Assembly (NCBI RefSeq): GCF_963921235.1
Contig: NC_086097.1
Location: 196,666,001 to 196,730,000, forward strand
DNA from: Mobula hypostoma
Taxonomy: Eukaryota
Direction: 5' to 3'
DNA length: 64,000 nt
Both the position numbers and the translations under genes were made by a program. This document shows positions 54,361 through 64,000 of the stretch, one piece after another. The notes below the pieces were generated by a model that was not told the origin of the DNA, did not search any database, and worked only from the letters and a program-made list of their open reading frames with translations. Within the stretch, counting starts at the first letter, position 1, and every line of letters begins with the position of its first letter.

Positions 54361-55973
54361 GGCTACGTCCACACTAGACCGGATAAATCCGTAACCGAAG
54401 CCTTTTCTCTTTGTTTTGACCCTCCGTCCACACTGAAACGGCGCTTTCCTCCCCCGAAAACGGAGATTTTCTAAAACGCCCTCCACAGTGTGTAAATTTG
54501 AAAACGCCAATTGTGCAGAGCAGTGTGGACAGGGTAAATGGATATTTTTAAAAACGCTGTCATGACGTGCCGGAACAGATGGCGGCAGCGTGGCATTTTG
54601 TTGTTTTCTTGAACGCAACCCCCCACACAACCTAACAATTTCAGAACAGACGGCAACGAGACTGAAGCCAGAAGAGTTAGAAATGTACTCACCAAATACT
54701 TTGACCCATAGTTTACCTAATAAATAAGTATACTCATTTTGTCCTGTTTTCTGTCCTTGCTTGTATGAAGGTGGTTTACCTACTAATGCAAGTACTTCTC
54801 TGACAATAGATGTGTAACAGCCTAATGTAACATTGTATGGAAATACAAGATAACACTGATGCAGACATGATTTATACATTTAACAAGGCACTTTATTTAG
54901 AACATAGAATAGTACAGCACATTATAGGCCCTTCGGCCCACAATGTTGTGCCGACCCTCAAACCCCACCTCCCATATAACCCCCCACCTTAAATTCCTCC
55001 ATATACCTGTCTGGTAGTCTCTTAAACTTCACCAGTGTATCTGCCTCCACCACTCACTCAGGCAGTGCATTCCATGCACTAACCACTCTCTGAGTAAAAA
55101 ACCTTCCTCTAATATTCCCCTTGAACTTCCCACCCCTTACCTTAAAGCCATGGTCTCTTCTGGCAATCTCCCACCTTACTATTTACCTCAAGAATTGGGC
55201 TTTAATCCCCTTGTTTAATTTCCAATCATTCCCAGGTTCCACTAACTATACACACCTGCTTTCCATCAGAAAATGCAGGATAAAGACCCTGTGATCGGAA
55301 TAAGGAGCTGCTAGTTTATTGGTTGACTCTGGTGTGAGTAACCTTGGTTCATGGGCCTTAGGGCTGTTAGTTCTAAGTCCAGTGTTGTTCCTGGATTCTC
55401 TCCAAACTCAAGACTTCAGGTAAAGACTCTCCTGGAAACTGATTTCATGCTTGCTATGGTGATAATGCCTCCTGACTCTGCCCCCATGCCTGTGTTCTGC
55501 ACTTGGGTTTGTCCATAGCTATGCTTGTATAACATTATCAATGTATTGCTTGTGTGAACATTTAATAGATGCAACTGTCACTTTTGCTTAGGAACTTGTT
55601 TTATTGTACATGTTAAATACAGCATAATAATACATAAAGACATGGCAAAAGTAAAGGCAAACAAATGAGGTAACAGCAAATTTCACTTTTGCCCAGTAAC
55701 AAGCCTTATTGCATTTAGTTATAGCTGTTGTCCCTTTCATTGGTGAAGAGACTATAGCTGTAAGAAATGTTTCTAGACAAATATGCACCAAGTATACTAT
55801 TTCCTCTTTGCTTGTTTTCCATCTGTCCTGTGTATGCCCAGTAGGAGGAGATTCACTGAAATATCTGTTCTAATGTGGATGGAGGTATTTTGAAAAATGC
55901 TGGTTGTGGATGCCTATTGTTTTTATGTGAAACTGGTGTTTTCAAAATTATCTGGTCTGGTGTGGATGTAGCC
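54361..55973. mobile_element. PIF/Harbinger-like non-autonomous DNA element with nested CR1 tail (~54898-55160)
   Basis: TIRs GGCTACGTCCACACTAGACCGGATAA / TTATCTGGTCTGGTGTGGATGTAGCC; host CR1 continues on both sides. Confidence 0.7.
55160..55533 (+). mobile_element. Possible truncated solo LTR (Gypsy-like)
   Basis: CACACCTG..GGATAAAGA and CTGCACTTGGGTT...TAACA resemble fish Gypsy LTR motifs as I recall them; no TG start or TSD seen. Confidence 0.3.
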
Positions 55974-58469
55974 AGATATGCAGAGGGTGTTTAAAGACCA
56001 ACTGCACGGAGTACAAGATAAGTACTGTATGTTCCAGTCAAAAAAAAGGACAAGGATGGCAAGGTAAGAGAACCTTGGATATTGACAGATGTTCAAATTG
56101 GGCAAAGAAAAAAAGTATGGAGCTCAGAAAGCTAGAACCAACAAAGCCTTTGCAGATTATAAAGAAGGCAGAAAATAAGTCTAAAAGGAAATTAGGAAAG
56201 GTAAGAGCCCATGAAAAGTCCCTGGATTAAAGAGAATTGTAAAGCATTTCACACATGCATCAAGTGCAAGAGGATAACTAAGGAGAAGGTTGAACACTCA
56301 AGGATAAAGCAAGGAACATTTGCCTGGATGTGGAGGATGTAGGTGAGGCCCTTTAATGAGTACTTTACATCATGAGATGAACATGGAGGATAGGGAGATC
56401 AGTGCTGAGATTATTAATATGCCAGGGCATTTTGAAGTAAAGGAGGAGGTAGTGTTGGGTCTCTTGAAGAACATTAAGGTGGATAAGCCCAGGGATGATG
56501 GGATATATTCTAGGTTATTGAGGCAGGCAAGAAAAGAGATTGTTGGGACATTGACCAATATCTGTGTCCTCTAGCCATAGGTGAGCTTGTGGAGGACTGG
56601 TGAGTAGCTAACATTGTTCCACGATGTAAGGCAGGAACCAAGGATAATCCTGGAAACTATAGTTCAGTGAGTCTCTCATCATTGGTAGGAAAGTTACTGG
56701 AGAGAATTCTTAAGGAGAAGATTTATGAACATTTGGAAAACCAGGGCCTAATTAGAGAAGCCAGCTTATCTTTGAGTGGGGCACTTCATGTCATACTAAC
56801 TTGAGTTTTTTGATGAGGTGATGAGTGATCACAGGGTAAAGTTGTGGATGCTGTCTACATGAATTCTAGAAAGTTTGACAAGGTCCATCATGGAAGCATT
56901 ATCCAGAAGATTAAGATGCATGGGATCCATGGTGAATGAGCCATTTACTTGCCCACTGAAGACAGGTTAGTGGTTGAAGGGACTTGTTCTATCTGGAAGT
57001 CTGTCATTAGTGGTGTTCACCAGGGATCTGTACTGGGACCTCTGTTTGTGATGTATATAAAAGACTTGGATTAAAGTGTAGGTGGGTGGGTTAGTAAGTT
57101 TATGGATAATAGAAAGTTGGCGATGGTGTGGATAGCATAGAGGACTCAGAATACAACAAGATACAGATCAGTTGCAGAGATGGCCTGAGAAACAGCAGAT
57201 GGAGTTTAACCTGGCCAAATGTGAAGTGTTGCACCTTGGTAGGTCAAATGTAAAGAGGCAGTACACTGTTAAGGGCAAGAATGTTAACAGCATTGATTAG
57301 CAGAGGGATCTTAGAGTCCAAGTTCATAGCTCCCAGAAGGTTGCTGTACAGGTTGATGGTGGTTAAGAAGGCAAATGACATGCTTTATTAGTCAAGGCAC
57401 TGAGTTCAAAAGTCAAAGTTGTGTCACAGCTTTATAAAACACTAGTTAGACTGCATCTGGAGTATTGCATACAGCTCTGGTTGCCTCATTACAGGAAGGA
57501 TGTTAAGGGTTGGAGAAAAGATTTACCAGGATGTTGCCTGGATTAGAGGGCAAATGCTATAACAAGAGGTTGTACAAACGTGGGTTGTTTTCTCTAGTGG
57601 CAGAGGCTGAAGGTAGATCTGATAGAGCTTTATAAGATTGAGAGGCATAGAGTACAGACAATATTTTTTCCGAGGATTGAAAAGTGAAATACCAGAGGGC
57701 ATGCATTTAAGGTGAGAGGGGTTCATTTCAAATGAGATGTGAAGGACAAATTAAGTGGTGGATGCCTGGAATGTGCTGCTTGAGATGGTGGTAGAGGCAG
57801 AAACATTTGTCTTGAGAGATGCTTAGATCTGCACAAGATTGAGGAAAATGGAAGGATATGGATATTGTGTAGACAAAAGAAATTAAATAGCCATTTGATT
57901 AAAAATTTAATTGGTTTGAAATAATATGGGCTGAAGGGCCTTTTTTTGCATGCTGTATTCTATGTATTCTGTACTAAAATCTATTTGACACATCTTGGCC
58001 CACTTCCTGAACTGATTTAGATCTCTGTAATCTATGACAACCTTTTTCACTATCAATAACACCTCTTAATCTCACATCATCCACAAACTTGTTGATCAAA
58101 GCTTTTTGCTTTTGCATGCAAATGATTTGTATAAAAATTATGACTAACAAGGTCCCAGCACCAACCTCTGTGGCACATCACTAGACACCAGCCTTCTTTC
58201 TGAGAATCAACCTTCAACTACCACCCTCTGCTTCCTACTGCTGAGCCAACTTGTATGTGGAAATGATTCATGTTATCAAAGCTTAAATCAGCCTAAAGAA
58301 AATATCCCACTTTTTTAAGCTCTGCTCTCCCTTTTGGCTGTGAACCATACTATGTTCCATGCAATGCAAATTGAGTAACACAGAACAGGTCAATCACAAA
58401 CTTGCAAAATGTGAATTGACTGTCAAATCACAGATTTGGTGCTATCATTGTTCATGGCCTATTTATAAT

Positions 58470-59310
58470 GGTAAATTAGTTTTTTTACTGTCACATGTAC
58501 TGAGGTACTATGAAGTTTTGATCTGCATGCCAATCATACAGTGCATGAAGTAGTACAAGAGAAACCAATAACAATTATATATAGCATTTATATATATTAG
58601 TGTTATTTATAGCAAAAGTGCAGTGCAAGCAGACTATAAGAAGCAAGGCCCAAACGAGGTCAAGAGTCTATCTCGTGGTACTTAGGAGACTGCTTAAAAG
58701 TCTTCTAAAAGTGGAACAGAAGCTCTCCTTGAGCCTGGTGGTACATTCTTTCAGATTTTTATATCTTCCCAATGGGGGAGATGAGATGAGATAATGGTAG
58801 TCATGAAGATTGGTTTTGGTTATTATTGTTACATGTGCCTGGATTCAATAAAAAGCATGCCACCTTTATTGTTTATACAGACCAAATCATTTCACTGCTA
58901 CTGAAAGAGTGCAGTGCAGGTAAATGACTAAGTGCAAGATCATACCAAGCTAGATTTTACGGCAACAGTCCATCTTATCGTACAAGAGATCAATCACGAA
59001 TCTGAAAACTGTAGGATAGAATCTGTCCTTGAGCAGAGTGGTCTGAGCTTTCAGATTTCTGCATCTTCCACCTAATGGAAGGGGGCAAAGAGAAGATGTA
59101 CAGGATGGTGGTATTTACAATTATGCTGGTTGCTTTAATGAGGCAAAGCATAGACAAAGTCCACACAGGGGAAGCTGGTTCCTGTGATGTGCTGAGCTGT
59201 GTCCACAACTCTCGAGTTTCTTACAGCCAAGTGCAGAATAGTTGTATTTCAAGCTATCATGCATCCAGACAGAATGTTTTCTATGGTGCATTGATTTAAA
59301 AATTGGTGAA
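58470..59310 (-). mobile_element. Two decayed Rex1/Babar-like 3' fragments
   Basis: Repeated AGAAGCT(C/G)TCCTTGAGCCTGGTGGT...TTTCAG..TT..TATCTTC block at ~58720 and ~59020. Confidence 0.5.
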
Positions 59311-60449
59311 GAATTGATAGGATATTGTGATAATGATAATTTGGTGTCAGTCAGAAATGTAACATGCTATTCAAGATGTGCCTCATGCACCCTTCACCCC
59401 TGTCTAAGTCCTCAGCTTTTAATTTTCTCATTATCACATCTAACTTCTGTTATATCAATTCTCTAACTACTTACAACCCTCCAGTCTTCCCCAAATGATT
59501 CACTTTTCCTCTCTCCCAAGTTTGTATCTCCATTACTCTACAATGTTTTCAGCCATCAAAACCCGATATTCTGGGACTCCATTAAATCTCCGATTCATTC
59601 TGAAAAATTAAACTAATTTACTTGCACTTCACTGGAGTATGTCAAAAAAATTTTGGTCAAGAATGTCTCAATAAGGAGAAAAAGTAGACAGATGTTTCTG
59701 AGCTTCTATGTTAACTGAACCCAAGCTGTCAAGGAAAATCGCTGATATGTGACAGTTTAGCATTAAGAAACACTAGAAACTTGGAGGGTTGCAGAGCTTA
59801 CATCATTGATCAAAATATAAAACTGAAACATTGCTTGGCCAACACCATATGCTAGTTTAGCAAGCATATGGGTGAGATGAAATGGAAGGCAAATTAGATC
59901 ATGCTTGTGTATTTACACTGAATGCTACAAAAATAAAACAATATTTATTACATGCAAAATACCTGAAAATACCCAGCTTTGAGTGTAATTCATGAAATAT
60001 TTATTACAAGCAATGAAAGTTGAATATCATATGGAACCAACTGCATAAATTATACCTAATTAATTCTCAGAATCTATAGCTCTTTTAAAATTAGAGCAAA
60101 GAAAAATGGCACAGGTGGCAGAACATCTGAAAAATGAAAGCAAAAACACTCTGCACATTCAGAAGCAAAATATAAGTTGCATGCACTGAAATTAATAATT
60201 CAAAAGTTGTGCAAAATATATAAAATACTGAAAATACCTGTCATGCTATGCGTGAAGAGAGGAGAGACAAGAATTAGAATTTCATGTCATTGGTAGTCAA
60301 ATTTCTCTCCCTGCAGATGCTATGTAACTTAGTTTCAATATCATATTTTTATTATTCTTAGAGTCCACAGAATTTTGCTTAGTTTCAGAAATTTAAATTA
60401 ATTTCAGTTACGGCAATAATTTCTATGTAAATTAGTTGTTAGAAATACA

Positions 60450-63200
60450 GTAGTAGTTTGAAATACTGGCAGAGGAAACGAACCTCAGTAAATATCTTCG
60501 GAGGAGTAGATAATTGAAAAAGAAAACGTGGGTTTTCCATCAACGTTTTTCAATGGAACCGAACACTGGGGTTGAAAATACGTGACTTTCCCAACCCATT
60601 AAAGCGGAAAGAAACATTTACGATTGAATAGCTCACCCCTGCCGGACGACTTCACCCAGTCATGTATAAAAGCACCAAACAGTCGTTTTTAAAGGACACC
60701 GCTATCCCTAATCCATTTCATTTTCTTGTACGATTTATAAAGCAAAACTAGCGCGCTATTTACACTTCAAGATTTGCACAGGAAGTCGAAACGGTTGTGG
60801 TCAAAACCAAATTCCAACAGAACTTAATATTAGAAAGTTAACGTTAGTGGCCAACTTTTTCATTCTCCGTGTATTTCTTCAGTTCAACAGAGACATCCTC
60901 CCCATTGGTGTATGCCAAGCCACGGCGAGTTTTTAAACGCTCAAAACCACTACTGTCTCTAAATAGTCGGAATAAACATAAACCTGAATCCCACAAGGTC
61001 AACGGGCGATATCCAAATAGGTGGGGCTAAAAGCTGATCGATGCCTGCTGTGTTAGACATAGTCAACTCGCTTGTTGAAAATCAGTGTCCATGGTTTTGA
61101 TAATTTTCCTGTACCGAAAGGTTCAGTCTTAAAAGCGGATGTGCCATGTCTGAAACACACACCAGATGTACTGCTTGTTTTTAATCGACATTCTTGAGAG
61201 ATTAGCTGCAGCGTCTGTGAATGAGATGTGATACAGCGCCCGCCGCGGCGTCCCTGCCTCTAAACCACGACCAAGTGCGTGGAAGGGAGCCGGGAGAATG
61301 GCATAAGGCCAGCTCCATCTACACATTCACCTACCGCTCTTTCACACGCACAAACCCTTTCCCTTTTGTTCCTCCTTTTGTCACATCTTTTCTGTCGCTA
61401 CTCCCCAGATATTCTCCATCCACCCATCTTGATAAAATACTGCTATGATATCGATGGCAAATATTAATACACACCTCGCCTCTGTTAATAAAGTTCCAGT
61501 CTGCGGTGAGAAAAACAAACTATACCCGTACAAGAAATCCAAACAGCTCTCAAAAATTATCTCTGGACTGCCATCACGATCGTTTTCATGGCTATGTAAC
61601 ATCGCGAAGTTTCCCGTAAGAGCCACCATGTCGACGTGACAGGATACTTTTATTTTGGGCGTATTCAAATACATTACAGATCCTACTAAATCTTATTTTA
61701 ATTGTAACGTAATAGAGCAAAGACAGAACCATGTATCCTCATTACCCAGCGCAGCACTGAGCCAGAAATATCACTATCTTCAAACGGTAATTATAAACGA
61801 CCTGCATATTGAGTCGGTTTGTTCGACATGTTAATTTTTCCATTTCAGTTCTTGTGTTAATACTTCATTCCTCTCTTGATTTCTAAATGTCGCTGTGGTA
61901 AAAAGAAATCTTGAAAACGGTTACCCTATTGCTCGAATAAAACGTTGCATTTTCAATCAGACGGGTTTAAATTTGGAATCTTAATTTGGAGGCAAGCAAC
62001 TTCAACGCATTATTTGTAATTCACAGCTGTAAATTCTATTTTCTTTATAAATTCCCTCAAAATTAGAGCGGAAACTTAAAAGGAAAAGTCGAAATACTAT
62101 TTAGAAAGTGCTTTCAGATTCTAACGTATGTTACGATACATTAATTTCAAAAACAACCTGAACGGCAAAGCAACCAAAAGTGGCAACTCACAATTTAAGT
62201 GGATTTGCAATACCCAAAGATGAAAAATACATTGGTCCAGAGACGAATTACGGTCAGCAAATTTGGCGTCCTGATATAAATCAGTTTATTCCGGCCACGG
62301 GAGAAACACCAACCTCGCCTACATTCAACGCTTGTTCTTCTGTAATCTAGGTTCTACCCAAGATCGAAGCACAAAGAAATCGGAAGAAAAAAAATGACAT
62401 CGACCGCGCTCCATACAAATGTAGCGAGCGACCCCATTAGCAACCAGCACGATCAAAGGCACGGTGTCGCACCGCCTGCCTGCATCTTATTTTCCTTTCA
62501 TGCATGTGGCGTTCGATTCTACAACATACAACGGCAGTGTTGCCATATTCTCCAACTTACATTTTACTTTCAGATGAATGTGTAAACTCTTTTCTACGAA
62601 TAACGTCAGGTGATGATTTAATTGGCCCCTTGTTTTTCTGACTTTACCGCAACACTGATTTCGAATTACGCTTTCCGTATTTGTGTTTTCGATGGAAATT
62701 CGATTGGCTGCTCTGCGCCACCTAAGGGTCTTGGGTAGATGGTCAAATCCAGTCCAACGAACGGAGTACTGTGACACAACCTGGGCTCTGAGCTACACCA
62801 CCCATCACATGGGGGGGGGGAGTATATACCAGAAATCTCAGCGAGATCTGTTTTATTAAAACAACAACAAAATGCGTTTTTCTGTGCTTCTCAATTTAAT
62901 ATTTTATTTTGGGTTAATGAAAGACAGAGCATGGAACTCAGCCGCTAAAGTTGCGTAACCAAACATTCAAGTATTTGCCTCTGGCAGAGTGGTTTTGTCT
63001 ACGGTTCGTTACGTCAAAAACTTCACCACGGAAGCTGGAGTTCGAATGTGTAGCTCCACTGTGAGCCCAAAGAGGGTATCGGCAACTTGAATGGTTACAA
63101 ACTTTTCTAAACATATACGCATCTGCTCTCGTCTTGCTAAATCATATGCAAAAACAATGGCGTAAGTTCAATGCTACTGGCATTTTTCATCCTCCAAATA
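60450..63200. promoter_or_regulatory. Repeat-poor, CpG-enriched, promoter-like island
   Basis: Visible CpG retention compared with the rest of the window; CCAAT (GATTGGCTG 62702), RFX half-site TAGCAACC (~62438), TCF site ATCAAAG (~62452). Confidence 0.6.
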
Positions 63201-63227
63201 AAGGCAACAAACTACTCCGAAGAATAA

Positions 63228-63975
63228 GCACGAGATTCTGCAGATGCAAGAAATCCAGACACACACAAAATGCTGGAGGAATTCAGCATTTCAGGTAGCA
63301 TCTATAGAGATGAATCAATAATCGATGGTTCCGGCCGTGACCCTTCATCAGGACTGGAAAGGAAGGGGGGACCGCCAGAATAAAAAAGGTAAAGGGGAAG
63401 GAGGACAAGCTAGAATGTGGTAGATGAAGCCAGGTGGGTGGGAAAGGTGAAGGGCTGGAGAATAGGCGTCTGATAGGAGGAGAGTGGACCTTGGGAGAAA
63501 GGAAAGGAGGGGCACCAGTGGGAGGTGTTCGACAGGTGATGAGACGAGCTAAGAGGCCAACGTGGGGTATAGATGAAGGCGGGAGGAGAAAAGAGAATGT
63601 TTTTAAAAATAAATAAATAAATTACACTTGCCAGGAGAAATCGATGTTTATACCATTAGGTGTTGTTCTTCCATCCTGAGACTGGCCTTATCCAGGCAGA
63701 AGAGGAGGCCTGGACTGACATTGTAATACGAGAATGGGGATAGGAACTAAATGATTGACTACCTGAAATTCCATTTTTGGCAGATAGTGGAGGTGCTTGA
63801 CAAAGATCCCCCAATTTACATCAGGTCTCACAGATGTAGAGGAGATGGTATCGGAAGCACCTACAGTACGACCTCAACAGATTCGCAGGTAAAGTGTTGC
63901 CTCACCTGGAAGGACTGTTTGGGGCCCTGAATGGAGGTGAGGGAGGAAGTGAGTTGGCAGGTGCAGCATTTCTGT
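63228..63975 (-). mobile_element. Older Penelope-like element 3' region
   Basis: CACGAGATTCTGCAGATGC tail, GACCCTTCATCAGGACTGG hammerhead remnant, CTCACCTGGAAGGACTGTTTGGGGCCCTGAATGG shared with 13265-13297. Confidence 0.78.
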
Positions 63976-64000
63976 CAGGGTCCCGATTGTTAATTCCCTA

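Larger units (their letters stand above)
52290..57970 (+). mobile_element. Full-length decayed CR1 LINE (ORF1 Zn-finger/leucine zipper/esterase; ORF2 APE-RT) with nested insertions
   Basis: YICRMHIQLQLLTDKLKELKLELD, IVIGNS, VYIGTNEIG, RLHLN; LGNSDH; GVHQGSVLGP; 3' tail GGGCTGAAGGGCC...TATTCTATG. Confidence 0.85.

Noticed and set aside
54289..54879. 196-aa minus-strand ORF
   Set aside because: Spans a MITE end and antisense CR1; no recognisable domain
61622..61639. GCCACCATG Kozak-like start
   Set aside because: Only Met-Ser-Thr-stop; could be a uORF but there is no transcript evidence
1..64000. CRISPR array, prokaryotic operon or retron-like RT system
   Set aside because: No repeat-spacer array; all RT and nuclease motifs belong to eukaryotic LINE or PLE families

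Overview
Eukaryotic, repeat-dense DNA. The repeat landscape suggests a cartilaginous fish, probably a ray (inference). I found no host protein-coding exon: every recognisable ORF is a decayed piece of a transposable element. The window holds the 5' part of an L1 LINE (1-3810), many CR1 LINEs (two with an esterase ORF1), Rex1/Babar LINEs, Neptune-type Penelope-like elements (PLEs; RT plus GIY-YIG), a Tc1 transposon, four Tigger/pogo MITEs, a Harbinger-like MITE and tRNA-derived SINEs, often nested. A repeat-poor, CpG-enriched, promoter-like island lies at about 60.4-63.2 kb, so the window may be a long first intron of a minus-strand gene (weak inference). The most interesting signals are: (i) a minimal type-I hammerhead ribozyme in about a dozen PLE tails; (ii) five TSD-flanked fold-back PLE insertions, four with the same arm end-point and two turning inside the ribozyme; (iii) Tigger MITEs that closely resemble my recollection of mammalian MER2 and carry three different cargoes; (iv) a Tc1 end that may have been displaced by a ~5 kb inversion. 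All family assignments come from motif recognition by eye; no searches were run.
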